From: Adineta vaga
Lineage: Eukaryota; Animalia; Rotifera
NCBI GenBank assembly: GCA_021613535.1
Contig: CP075495.1
Location: forward strand, 16,120,001 to 16,184,000
Length of the DNA: 64,000 bases
Direction: 5' to 3'
Positions within the stretch are counted from its first letter, which is position 1. Each line of letters begins with the position of its first letter. The translations under genes were made by a program, and so were the position numbers. The notes under the pieces are model-generated. The model was not told the origin of the DNA. It ran no database searches and saw only the letters and a program-made list of their open reading frames with translations. Shown piece by piece: positions 27,039-39,685 of this stretch.

Positions 27039-27232
27039 TGTTAGTGCAAGAGCCTTAGTTCCACCAACACTAGTGCCTCGACAGTGTTCTACCCGTTTTT
27101 GATTAATGTTAGTGCAAGAGCCTTAGTTCCACCAACACTAGTGCCTCGACAGTGTTCTACCCGTTTTTGATTAATGTTAGTGCAAGAGCCTTAGTTCCAC
27201 CAACACTAGTGCCTCGACAGTGTTCTACCCGT
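27039..27232. repeat. Tandem repeat, 68 bp x about 2.9, identical units
   Basis: The unit tgttagtgcaagagcc...gattaa starts at 27039, 27107 and 27175. Confidence 0.9.
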
Positions 27233-28194
27233 GGTTTGGTTATACCTTGCCACTTTAAAAGCAAGTTTATTTAAGCTAATACTGATTCGAACAGAAATGG
27301 TTGTCGAAGTTGTGCAGTCACCCATTCGTTGGAAATATAAATGGATAATCCTTCTTTCTTAAGTGTCAAGTTTCGTATTAAATTGTGAAATTTACGCTTC
27401 GTTTAAGATTGGTCAGATATCAGTTTACCTATAAAAGAAAGTAATGCAATCTTAAGTTGATACGATGCTTTATCATAAAAATTGACTGATAGAGAACGGT
27501 CACCAACTATCCAGTCGATTTTGGATTAATATTTTGTGGAACCATATGTTTTCAGTTGAAAAACAAATTAACGAGTGTAAGTTTTAGGTCGATGAATTTG
27601 GCCCACACCTCTTCCCGATCCTCAATTACAAACAGAATCCATTAGAAGCGCAAATAGGCTATGTGACTTTCACATTTTAGACCCAAAGCAATTGCGCTGA
27701 AAAACGTTCTCGCTCAACAATGAAAAAGCGGTTAAAATTTCATGACTCCACACAAAAGACTTAGCGTTCGGAAATTTCCTGGGACTATTCGAGTCTTAAG
27801 GTCTCTTGCCTATAACTAGAATATCAACCCAAAGCGACTGATATATGTTCGTGAGTTTACCTCGCAAAATGCTCATAACTGTGAGAGGAAGGCTTGAGAC
27901 AACTAAATGTTCCAGGTTTTTCATGTCTCAATAGAATGTATCGAATCTTCAAAACTCCAACGCAATAACAAATGAACAGCTTTTAAGTCGTTAGCATTAA
28001 CGTCCATAAACAGGTGCATAAAAATAATAATCCTTTCCTGCCCTATGAGCGCTATGACGCCCATCTTACATAAATCTCGTTCTTTTTGAACTAAGAAATA
28101 TTTAAGGACCAATTTCATATCAACTTGGAGCCTGTCGAAAGTACAATTCATTGGCTTTATATGTGTACATAATTGAGCTTTAAATGTTTCTTAG

Positions 28195-28777
28195 CAGAGA
28201 TGGTCACTAAATGTCCAACTATTTTTCATTAGTATTTTACCCATAGGTAGAGGGCTATAAGAGTAGAACAATCCTACTAGGATATGGACCACTATTGCTT
28301 TGGCGCCGAGTTATGGGCTTTCTACCTACTTTTCGCCCTTTTTCCACATTGAAGAAAAAACTAAATAACGGAGTTTTCAACTGAAATTCGAACCATAGAT
28401 AGGTCTAATCATCATTAGACTATTCTGAAAGTTTCAGTCGCAAAAAATGTTCCCTTATGGACATATTGATTTATGAGAAGACAATCACTTGCAGTATAAT
28501 ATATGCAAATTATCAGATTACTTCAAAATCCAATATCTCTATAAAGGAACACTTTTCGGCTGAAACTTTCAAAATACTTTATTGATGGTTAGACCTATAT
28601 ACGGCCCAAATTTCAGTTGAAAATTCCGTTATTTAATGTTTTGCTCAATATTGACAAGGGGTAGAAAGTCGGTAGAAAGCTCATATCCTCATAGGATTAT
28701 TCTAGACATAGAATCTCTTACCTTTGGCCAAAGTATCCACTGAAAAGCGACTGGGCAGTGAGTGACTCTCCCTCGTT
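28195..28777. mobile_element. Old foldback MITE with diverged inverted arms
   Basis: Inverted matches such as acggagttttcaactgaaatt / aatttcagttgaaaattccgt and ctgaaagtttcagtcg / cggctgaaactttca. Confidence 0.55.
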
Positions 28778-29696
28778 ATTTCTAAAGAACCAAATTTTGT
28801 AGAAAGTGGATGTTAAAGCGCGCAAAAGCAGGAAAGGATTAATATGAATATTATAATATTCGATCAGAATATTCTACAACATTTGATCAAATATTACCGT
28901 ATATAGTGCACAATACTTTAAAACTGCATAAATAAATTACTTACGTTTTTTTAACAGCAAGGACGAATTGAATATGATATATTATTCTGCCATAAGTGTA
29001 ATATGATTTAAACATTTATATCACTTAACCAACCTAGAATGGAGAAAAAATACAGAGTATGTTTGATTCAAACTCTTTCTCTAATGTTTTACCAATATCA
29101 AGATCAAGTCCTTGTTTGTAAAGGCCTTCTCATATTGATCATAATGCAGCGTCATATTATTTTACTGCACACTACTCTCTAGCCGTATATGAAATGTAAT
29201 GGTCCCTATTTTATTCTATGCGTCGATTCTTCATAAAAAACGACGGTAAAAATCGACGAAGCGTGAATAAGTAATCGAAGAGCAGTGAGAGCGTCGATAG
29301 TATTCTGATTTCTATCGATACATATCACACTATACATTTACACATGATGATAAAAATTTTATGTTCTGTACAATACTAAACTGGGTAAAGTGCGGATAAC
29401 ATAGAACTGAAAAAACTTTATTCGTGCGTTGCATAATCTTAAAAGACGATTCTAATGTAGAAAACCACAAACAGTAATTAAAAACTTCAACAAAAACATA
29501 TTTCTAACCCATCTTTTCAGGCTTTACTTGATATGGAATATTACAAAGTCAGAAAAATATATGAATTTGTATTTCTACAGAAGTTTTCATTCCGAAAAGA
29601 TTGCTTTCCCCGTAATGTAAAGTTATTTGTTTTGATATATTTGTATATGATAGCATGCTAAAACGGAGATATTTTATATCTGCTTTGAGAAATACC

Positions 29697-30046
29697 CAAG
29701 GGAGGAAAATCTCATTGTGGGGCATTTTGAATGCCCGAGAATGCATGGAAATGGCTGGGAACGCGAGAGAATGCGCTGGCATGCAAGAGAATGTGTGGGA
29801 ATGCGCCAGAATACCGTGTGTTGGTTTAAAATTTTGCCATTTGTCCTAACATCCATCGAATAATGAAATAGCCAGCTGAGAAGCAATTCCAGGTTTTAAT
29901 TTTCAACACGCCAGTTAGAAATAGTTAATGGGTATATACCAATAATCTAGTATGGCTGGGAATGTACAAGAATGCAAGAGTATGCCTGAGAAGGTACGGG
30001 AATGCACCAGACTACCGGAATGCCGGAATGAGATTTTCCCCCCTTG
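29697..30046. mobile_element. MITE (CAAGGG...CCCTTG ends) with 10-bp-period GAATG array
   Basis: TIR caagggaggaaaatctcatt / aatgagattttccccccttg with an internal GAATG repeat every 10 bp. Confidence 0.65.
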
Positions 30047-31270
30047 CAAATACCACAAACCCATTTCAACTTGAAATCGATAGGATGTTTCTCACCAAAT
30101 ATCTGTAGTGGCCATAAGTTCAAACTCAGACTCTACAAATCTGAAAACAACGGCTGTTCCAGAACGAATGGTATCTCTGAGTATTTTGAATATTTCTCAT
30201 CTATCATTCATGTGATCGAAGAGCTTTTTCATGAAAAGATAGCGCTCGGAATTCCTACAAAACCGTGTATGGTTGAACCATCAGACGTTATTAAACATAT
30301 TCAAAAAAGATGAAATTAGAGACATATGAAAAGGTCTAAAAAGCAATGGGCTAAACATTTGCGTCTCATTTTTCTGCCGTTTGCTTCCTCTTATTAAACA
30401 TATAGAATATGCCAAAGGATAGGGTGTGAGGGTGTGGGTGTGGATGTTGATATTCCTTCTTTATACAAACCGTCATGCATCCAGCCACCCAACAACCCAC
30501 CCATACCCGCAATCACACCTCAAAGAAAGTGTACGTAATAATCTATTTATTTGTTCTCTTTATATTGAACACTTGCATTGAATCATTCTACTTATTTGTT
30601 ATTTGATTGTTTTTCTTACTCTTACTTAATAAAGATCGAAAGTTGATGAGAAATTTTCAATTATTATGTTGAATCTAAGCTTTATAGTAGACTAGCGGAG
30701 ATACCCGCTGCAAAGAGGATATAATTTACGTTTTTCATCTACAACAGTGTTTTTCTCATCACCCACTGGACCTCTCCGTAGGTATTTACCCGTCGTGTAT
30801 AAAAAAATCCTCACATCCTGCTTTCTCGCCCTGCCTTAGCTAGTATAATCCTTCAGGTCGTCACTTAGCGCGCATTACCTGTCTTCCAAGCGTCTTTCTC
30901 CTTCGTACTGAGGCTACTCCTATATCTCTTTTGGCATAAAAAACCAGGCCTTTTTTTCAGAAATTTTCACATCTATTCATTAGTTCTTTGCTACTGGTCT
31001 TGTCTCGCTGTGCATACGATATAGAACTCTGTTCCTTTTAAATCCACACCCACTGTCCCGCTGCAACTCCAGGCACATTCTACACTCACTGTCTCGCTGC
31101 AACTCCCACACCTCGGTAGATCTGCCTATTCTCAGACGCCCGCTGCAAGTCATTCTATAGTTTCTAAACTTCACTTCGACTCCATACAGGTAGAGTAGTC
31201 AATTCACTTCAGATTCAGTTTATTTTTGAGAACCCAACTCAGGCATTGCAGTTGTCCATCTTGGATGCAG

Positions 31271-31299
31271 ACACCCACACCCACACCCACACCCTCACA
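31271..31299 (-). repeat. Interstitial telomere-like repeat (TGTGGG/TGAGGG)
   Basis: acacccacacccacacccacaccctcaca. Similar tracts occur at 30421, 32728, 45785, 51040, 53141 and 54645. Confidence 0.6.
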
Positions 31300-31989
31300 T
31301 TGATGATATGTTGTCATTATTACTTGGACAAATCGACATTTGTTAAAACAAGTTGATTTCTTAGATTTTGTATGAAAAATCAAGATAATCAATTGTTCAC
31401 TTCAGTTTATCATAAACCATCTCAAGAACCATATTATTTACCATTCATTCATATTCATCTCGTTACACATGCAGAACAATATACCATTTTCTATGTTACT
31501 TCGTACAATTTGGTATTGTGCAGTATTTCAAGCATAATTAAAAGATCGTAACAAGTTACGAATGATCTTACTTTTAAATAAAAATCCAAGTTCATTAATC
31601 GATCAACAATCTAATCATTTATTACACAAATTCGATATCATTCAACCATTATGAAGCAATAATTGTAATATATTACATCAAAAGATAATATATTTTACTT
31701 TTTAAAGAAAATATACCAGTTGATTATAGAAGGACAATATTTGTTCATTTTCCACACTATTCAAATAAGAGAATATTTTCAGAAAAATTCCATATTCTTT
31801 TTTTTTTATTTTGCTAAAACTGCGATCATTCGATCCTAACAGTACAAAAAGTTATAGAAAAACAAACACAAAAAAAGAAGTGAACATTACCCAGTAGAGA
31901 AACACCAACATATGATTAGCACAAAGAATCAGGAAATGATTGTAGAAGTTCAATTTCTTGTAAATCATAATGATAAACTAAAGAGTTTT

Positions 31990-32368
31990 GAGAAACAGAA
32001 GAGAGCCAAGAAACTACTTTTTCAAGAATTGAAAGTTGAGGAACAAATCTTTTAGATCTTCTTAAGCAACTAATTGGAAATTCTTTATCTAATCAGCTTT
32101 TTCTGAACTCACATAAGTTAGCTTTTTCGAAAATGAGACAACCATCAATTGAATTAGATAATGCAAACAAATAACGATTCCAATAGACCGAGCACCGATC
32201 TTCAAAGAATAATTCATCAAGTATGTGTGCAAAAAATAATTCATTCCAACAAAGACAGTTAAGGGTGCGACGCAGAGAAGTATAGTAAAATTTAGACATA
32301 CTTTCTTGTTGTTCACGAGTAAGTAACGGAAAAATAGGATAAATCCAAGTGAAAATAGGAAATTCCAT
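31990..32368 (-). mobile_element. 5'-truncated non-LTR retrotransposon, post-RT C-terminal fragment
   Basis: PIFTWIYPIFPLLT.EQQ..MSKFYYTSLRR...EDRCSVYWNRYL...*...LRRSKRFV with an in-frame stop and an A-rich 3' region. Family recognised from memory. Confidence 0.55.
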
Positions 32369-32926
32369 ATTCTTTGAAATATATACTTCCTTTATTATTT
32401 ATTATTTACTATTGATTGTATTCCCACTCATTATACATTATATATAATCCAGCTTGTTTTATTTTTCGTTTGTATTTTTAAACAGTTTATTTTCATTTTT
32501 GTACTGAAATACGTTTTTGTGCAGAGTCCTAATGAGCACGTACTTATTTGTATCTTAGATATACGAATTGGTCTGTTTTACATTAAACTTTCTTAGACCC
32601 ACCCATATCCAATTGCGGATTTCGTTAAAAAGTTTTGAAGAAAACTTGACGCTGAGTTTAATACAGTTACCTGAAGAACTTGGCCAGTGAGAAAGGTCGA
32701 AACTATAGTCGTAGCATTCTCTGTATAACACACCCACACCCGTTCTATAGAAGCATAATGTTTTTGGGAACCTAGTCGGAACCCAATATATAATTATTTG
32801 GTAATGAATTCGATTACGAGAAAATATAACCTTTTTACTCGGTTTATGTTAGTAACATTGAAGAGTGTATGCGATATCGTCAGTGTAAGTACGAAGAAAA
32901 ATCCTAAGAGATGAAACGTAACTGAA

Positions 32927-35221
32927 TTAAACATATTTCAGTATCAGTTTTAATTCTTCATCGGAAGGTTTTTCATTTAATACTAATTTTGGTCGAGGCT
33001 TTTGTACAGAAGCACATGCTGTTCCACCAGTAATACCAATAAGAATATTTTCGTTTTTTGTGAAAACCTTTTGATCACCATTGTTAATTTCATGTAGAGT
33101 AGCTGCTAATGCTATAACGCCAGCTTTCTCGAGAATATTTCCTTCAAAAGTTTTGGTAATATTAATATTATTTTTTATTAAAATAGAAATAGCTTCGTCT
33201 AAATAATGACTGAAATCATTATTTCTGAGTACTTTAATTTTTCCACCATAGGTATCTAATATTTGTTTCACTTTATTGACCAAATCCCCTGGATTACTTC
33301 GAAATAATGTAGGTTCAATGAGTTCAACCTCGGTGTTAGTTCCATCTGTACTATTATTCCAAAATCCAAGTTCACGTGCAAATGGACAAACAGCTTCTTG
33401 TTGTATACCAAGAAGTTTTGGTATTGCTAGCTGTTGTTGTTGCTGTTGTTGATCTTGTAAAATGTTTGTAAAACCTTTATATATACCAATGGGACCGAAA
33501 GCACTTGATAATGATTGTACATACCAATTAAAGTTAATTTGATTTTCTATTGAATAATCTTTGATAAAATAACCCCTGATTTGATTAGCTTCGAATTGTA
33601 TATTCAAACTGGGCACTATTGGTATATTCGTTAAATCAGAAAAACGTTTTAATATACATTTCATTTCTGCTTCTGTTGAATTGACTTCGACTAATATCAC
33701 ATTATTAGGTACAAATATAGAGTTGATTTTATACGAATTTCGAGTTAAATAAAATTGTATCAGTGTAATCGACGGGTGTTTTCGAGCATAATGAATAAGA
33801 GACATAGCTGTATTACCTGAAGATTGTGCACATATGCAATTTATATTATTTTGCAAACAATTCGCGAAAGTTAAACAACCAAGAAAATCTTTAAATGTTG
33901 CACTTGGACTCATTGTTGTCATATCATAGAGAAATAATTTTATATTGGTATCACGATAAAAAGCAGCATCAATTATTTGTTCTTGTTCGTTCAATGTTGC
34001 TTCCAGTAAATATTGACGTTTCATATGTGGTAAAACCACGGGTGCATATTTTAAAAGAATACTTGGTGAATTTTGCACTTTTAATTTAAAATTTTCTAAT
34101 GTTATTTGCCCAGCAAGATTAAGTGAAACGTCTGTTGGTGAATGAATAATTGTTAGGGATAATGCGTCACGTACATATCGGTCAATACTATATTCAGATG
34201 TATAGCCCGAACCACCAAACAGTTGGAGACAAGATAAACAAATATCCTTAGTAGTTTCTGTAACAAATACTTTACATGCAATGAATTTTGTTTTGTCGGT
34301 CGCATTAAGATTCGAACAACAATCATCAAACAAACTCTGAGCTGCGTGGTATTTGGTTAATAATTGCCCGAGTCTCAGACGTACAACCGGTTCTTCCGCT
34401 AAACTTCCAACAATTCCATTACGGTTACGTTTCAATAAATAAAATGAGTATTTTTCGATTAGTCTTCTAGCAATGCCAATTGCACGTGCTGATGATATCA
34501 TTGATAGAATTCTACGTGACGATTCAACAAGTATTCTCCCATCATAATGAAGTTCTCCAATAATATCTTTAGTTTTAACTGCACAGTTTTTAAACGTAAC
34601 TGGTGCTAAGCTTATGCCTTTAACACCCATACGATCCCAATCACTCTCAACCTTTAATCCAGCTGTGTCTTTCTCAACAAGTACAACACATGTATTTATA
34701 GATCGTGAATTTGAACGTTCCTCTATAACACGGGCTGAAACGGCATATATATCAGCATTTCTTGAGTTAGTAATCCATTCTTTTCTTCCCGATAATGACC
34801 ATGTCTCCGACGTTTCACTAACATTTGTTAAGCATGTTTCCAAGTGTTCAAGCACTTTCATATTTTTCTCATTGTTCGCATGCGATGCGATTAGTTTTCC
34901 TTTAGCTAGTAATGGTAAATATTTCTGTTTTTGTTGATCAGTGCCATACTGAACAATATAATCACACACACGTAAATGACTATCCAAAATGGAACATAAA
35001 CTAACCCATCCACTTGATAATTCTTCGATCACCTTTAAGCGTGTTAGGATATTACTTTCCAAACCCTCATAGGCTTGAGGTATTATCAAACCGAATAGAC
35101 CCATTGATTTCATGGTTTCAATTAATTCTGTTGGGTAAATATTATTTTTATCAAAATATTCTGCACTTGGTATAATCACACGATTAACAAAAGTTTTAAC
35201 TTCCCGAATTAACGTTGACAT
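32927..35221 (-). CDS. Acyl-CoA dehydrogenase-fold / PLP-dependent (fold type II, threonine synthase-like) fusion protein, 764 aa
   Basis: N-terminal half: GLFGLIIPQAYEG, YGTDQQKQKYLP, SGRKEWITN, MGVKG, QLFGGSGY..EY.IDRYVRDA. C-terminal half: SPSATFKD (PLP Lys), AQSSGNTA, PKLLGIQ, EKAGVIALA, ITGG. The CDS has no introns; a likely 5'UTR intron is at 35244-35282. Confidence 0.88.
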   Translation of the reverse strand: MSTLIREVKTFVNRVIIPSAEYFDKNNIYPTELIETMKSMGLFGLIIPQAYEGLESNILTRLKVIEELSSGWVSLCSILDSHLRVCDYIVQYGTDQQKQKYLPLLAKGKLIASHANNEKNMKVLEHLETCLTNVSETSETWSLSGRKEWITNSRNADIYAVSARVIEERSNSRSINTCVVLVEKDTAGLKVESDWDRMGVKGISLAPVTFKNCAVKTKDIIGELHYDGRILVESSRRILSMISSARAIGIARRLIEKYSFYLLKRNRNGIVGSLAEEPVVRLRLGQLLTKYHAAQSLFDDCCSNLNATDKTKFIACKVFVTETTKDICLSCLQLFGGSGYTSEYSIDRYVRDALSLTIIHSPTDVSLNLAGQITLENFKLKVQNSPSILLKYAPVVLPHMKRQYLLEATLNEQEQIIDAAFYRDTNIKLFLYDMTTMSPSATFKDFLGCLTFANCLQNNINCICAQSSGNTAMSLIHYARKHPSITLIQFYLTRNSYKINSIFVPNNVILVEVNSTEAEMKCILKRFSDLTNIPIVPSLNIQFEANQIRGYFIKDYSIENQINFNWYVQSLSSAFGPIGIYKGFTNILQDQQQQQQQLAIPKLLGIQQEAVCPFARELGFWNNSTDGTNTEVELIEPTLFRSNPGDLVNKVKQILDTYGGKIKVLRNNDFSHYLDEAISILIKNNINITKTFEGNILEKAGVIALAATLHEINNGDQKVFTKNENILIGITGGTACASVQKPRPKLVLNEKPSDEELKLILKYV

Positions 35222-35801
35222 TATTTGCACTTGAGTTTAAATCTACAACCAAGAAATATGTTTAAATGAAATTAACTCATACCGTGTTTTTTCCTTCAAA
35301 GCGTTCCTCTCGTTCTAATATTCCCTTCTATTGATTCAAAAGATCTTACAATTACTTCAGAATTCTTTAGACTACACCCATGAGATATTTTGAATTATGT
35401 TAAAGATTTTGAAGTGTTCTTTCTAGAAATAGTCTCCAAACAGACAAGATTTTTCGAAAATGCGTTGAAACGCACAGAAAGACGGAAAAAATCGAGAAAA
35501 AGTGGTCGATTTTCTCATAGGTGTTATCTGTGACGAAATAATAAATACGACTCACGAGGGCGGAGCAAACGAACATTTTTTCTCTTTTTGTGTACTCAAA
35601 AAGTGAGTACACTACTAGAATCGATCAGTGTGTCCGGCCGTCCGTTTACACGATAACTCGTCACAACTACATCCGATTGAGCTAAAATTGTGTACACAGA
35701 ATTATTTCATCAATGTCTCGGTCGAGTTCGAAGATGACCTCAATCGGTTGTACCATTGTTCACCTACAGAAAAATTTCCGAATATCTCTACATAAAAAGT
35801 A

Positions 35802-36254
35802 CACTGAAAAACATTTTCGTAGAATGATAAACCCTAAAAAAGGGTTTATAAAGGAGAAATCAGTTTATCAGCGTGACCTACCCCTTGATCAACCCTTTTT
35901 TCTTGAAAAACCCCCAAAGGGTTTATTATACGTTGCAAACTGATAAACCCAAGGGTTGATCCTCACTTGATAAACGCTTTTTCCATATATCAATTTAATC
36001 AACCCTTAGACACAGAGTATATTATTGTCTTCAAGGAAATCATCATTTTGGGGTTGATTAAATTGATATATGGAAAAAGCGTTTATCAAGTGAGGATCAA
36101 CCCTTGGGTTTATCAGTTTGCAACGTATAATAAACCCTTTGGGGGTTTTTCAAGAAAAAAGGGTTGATCAAGGGGTAGGTCACGCTGATAAACTGATTTC
36201 TCCGTTACAAACCCTTTTTTAGGGTTTATCATTCTACGAAAATGTTTTTCAGTG
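35802..36254. mobile_element. Near-perfect foldback MITE with CACTG termini
   Basis: About 205-bp arms CACTGAAAAACATTTTCG... / ...CGAAAATGTTTTTCAGTG with a short spacer. Confidence 0.85.
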
Positions 36255-37639
36255 TTGTATGTTTGTCTGCCTGTTCGCTAGCCATTCAGTCCCTGTAATA
36301 GCTAGGATCACCAAACTTTACATGTTGCTTTCATAGGCGTAAGAAAAGGTCCAGAGAGTGTTGGTACATACGATTACGGGAGGCGGGGGGGGGTGCTCTG
36401 GGTGAAATTTCATCCAGGCGGTTCCACGATAGATAGCGCCGTGAAACTTTCCATGATGCTTCCCTAGATCTAGAAAAAGGTCGAGAGAGTGTTGGCATAC
36501 GAATAGAGAGTGAGAATGTGAGACCAGAGTAAAGTTTCACCCACGTGGTTTCGAGGGTTATAATGCCACACCCTCTTTTTTATAGTGCTTACCTAGGTCT
36601 ACAAAAAAGGTCACAATGTGGCTAGCATCATCAGGGTAAGTGTGAGGAATCAGTAAAAAAAACATCACACGCTTATGTTTGTCCTTGCTTTGCACTTTGA
36701 TCGTATGATTTATTCTATTCTTATAATCCTTTGTTCTTTTCTCTTTCGAAAGGGTATATAAGTGACTGTTTTCTTTGAGAACGATACGATATAAGATGCA
36801 CATAAAGCACGGTTAAAGTGAAGAAAAAAAATTGCCGTTTTTTAGCCTATCCCATAGAGAATTTGACGTTGATCACGAATATGTGTCTTTTTCGTTTTTT
36901 GAAAACTTTTTTTCGATCGAAAAAGTCCAAAAACTTCGGACTACTCTAAAAGGTGACAAAATCAAGTTTTCAAACAAATGACGCTAGTCTGTTTCCTTTT
37001 GAGTTTCGCATCTCGAAACTAAGTTTGAAAGCTCCAGAGCAAGAAATGGGTTTTTCAAAGGGCCCGAAACAGGCACGACTAAAAAACCCGAACCGATCTG
37101 GCAAACCTAACACCACTTTTTTCTAAGCATCTAAAAGCAATACTTTTACGTGGTTCGATTCGCCAGATGCTCCTCTTCAAAAGTATACGTCCACATTTTT
37201 GAAATTGTTCTTCTTCCCTGAGAAAATCGACTTTTACTGAGCACATCTCTTAAACAGCCAAGTCCTTTTTCGATATCTTTTGCGAATCTTGCTCTGAATG
37301 TGTTGAAAACAGGTGTAAGAAGGTTAAAACTGATGCTAATGCTGCCGAACACTTCGAGGAGGTGGGGAACGGAGGGGGAGTAGGGGGAGGGGTAATGGGT
37401 TTTCAGAGGATTTTGCCAAAATTTCGAGAGGGAACCGTGTTAGGTAGTGCTATGATTCTCACCTTTAGTTAAATGATAGTATAACTATATTTGTACTATC
37501 TTTTCCAGGTCTTTGTGATCACTCTCTCTCTTTTGTATTCATGTATTCGGTCGTCGTTCCGACCTATAAATAGACCGGTTTCAGTTCAAATAAAGCATGT
37601 GATATACAATTACATTCATCTATTCTCTAAAAATTCACT

Positions 37640-39685
37640 ATGGGTCCGAAATCACGACGTCGACGACACGCGATAACAACGTCAACTCGATATCTACCGA
37701 ACCGAAGTGGAAACAATGCAGAAGACGACGCTGAACGGGAGAAAATGGAGGTGGACGACATCGAATATGAACAACAACCAATGAATTTCACGGACCGAAT
37801 CACGGCCGACAACATGGCCGATCTCTTTGAACTTTGCAAATACAAGTGTCCCGTGAAGTATCTCAGCGTGTTGATCTACGCAACCCTGAGAAGTTTTGGT
37901 CACAGCTGGGAGAACTGTGATAGTTTCCTTCGAACTATCGGTGAGTTGCTGAATTGTCATATCTCTTTTCTCTCTTAGAATCACAAAAGTTTTCTTTCTA
38001 TTAACAGGCGCAATAAAGGCACAAACTGCACACCGATGGACCGACGTGTTTCTTAAGGGGGACGTGGAGGAGTTTCAGGGGCGAGAACAGAGGTGGTAAA
38101 CACATGGCCGAGTTCTACGACTACTTTCCAGACTTGGAGGATGCTGCCAGAGAGTTCACTCTTCGGCGATGTTCAGAAAAAGCTGCCGGTTTCACAGCCA
38201 TTGACCTTGCTAACTTCATCGGCAAGGAGTATTACCTGACAGCAAATACGTCAAAAGGTGAGTTATGTCTTTCTCTTCATTGCACTTCTTGAAAGACAGT
38301 TTCATTTCAGATTCTCGATCTCCTTTGATTCGATCAATTCCATCCTGCTGTCTCGATCTCATTCGTCGGGAAGCTCAGTTCAAGAACAACTCCCAACGCC
38401 CCTACTTCGAGGGTCACGAGAGGGACGATGTCAAAGCTCACCGACAGGAGTTCATCACTTACTTCTTGGACCGCAAGGACTTCTATTACACGATCACAGA
38501 CGGAGAGAAGCCCACTTGGAAGTTGCCAACTCAAAGTCCTCCCTGCATCTTGCTATGTAAGTGCCTTGAAGCCTGCATTTCACAATGAAAGTCACATACG
38601 TTTCTTTTATTTTAGTCCACGATGAATCGACGTTCACAAGTGGAGAGGTGTCGGCCAAACGGTGGTTCTTCGGAGACGAAGCCCCCTTTCACTCCAAGGG
38701 ACGAGGGCGGTCGAATATGGTCTCGGACTTCATTGTTCAACACGAATCAGGACTATTCTTCACTCTCTCTCCACAGGAATACCAAAAGGCTGTCGTGAAG
38801 TATCCGCAGTTGGAAGGTGAGCTTCTTTTATTTAGGACAGGACCAAACTCAACATATTTTCATTTTGATAGAGGACACGGAGATCATCTAGGTTGACCGA
38901 AGTGCCACTGCCTCAATTAACGTTGGAAGTGATTCGTACTTTGACAACCTGACAATTTTAGAACAGTTCGAACGAATCTTCCAGCTGCTGGAGTTCAAGG
39001 AGGTCTACAAGATCGATTACACAGACTCCAAGGGAAAAGCAAAAGTTCTGCAATGCAAGTTTCAGGACGGTGAGTTTCTGTATCAAGAGAAATCTGCGCT
39101 GATCGGCGCTCGCGCAAAACGCTTACGCTCGATGAAAATAATTTGTTTAGGCGAGCACAACGGCAAGACGAAGGGGCTGATTGAAATCGCCAAGGAGCTG
39201 AAGACCAAGTTTCACCCAAATATCAAACTGGATGACTTACGGGAACTACTCCCAGAGCATCCTGCATTCAAGACTGTAAGAAATAACTATTCATTAGGTG
39301 AATGACAAGCAAATCATAAAGTTTTACTTTGCAGGTTTCTCGTTTGGAGCTGCTGGCAGAAAAATACGGCGTGACGATCAAATGGTGCCCAAAATTCCAT
39401 TGCGAGCTCAATGTCATTGAAGGATTATGGTGCAACCAAAAGATGTTCGTACGGAGGAAGACAGATCAGACCTACAACACCATGTTGAAGCTCATCGTCG
39501 AGTCGCGCGAGCAGTTCAAAGAACGTAAGATCTACTTGAAGTTGCTTCCAAGATTCTGGAGGTGTCTGCGGGCATACAAGGACAACAAATCGTACGCCGA
39601 GGTGATGAAGATGTTCTTCAGTACGAAGTGCGAAGGAACAGTTAAGAGTCACACTCGAATCAGTAATAGTAGTCTGGATGTTTAG
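37640..39685 (+). pseudogene. Transposase pseudogene, homologous to 15049-17019
   Basis: HDESTF and PKFHCELNVIEGLW are present. It has a frameshift at about 38080, TAG at 38888-38890, and a deletion of the IVDNARTH segment at about 39010. Confidence 0.85.

Noticed and set aside
27039-27232. CRISPR-like array
   Set aside because: The units are fully identical with no unique spacers, there are no cas genes, and the context is eukaryotic.
25400-28150. Degraded coding-like sequence
   Set aside because: No sustained frame or motif could be identified on either strand.
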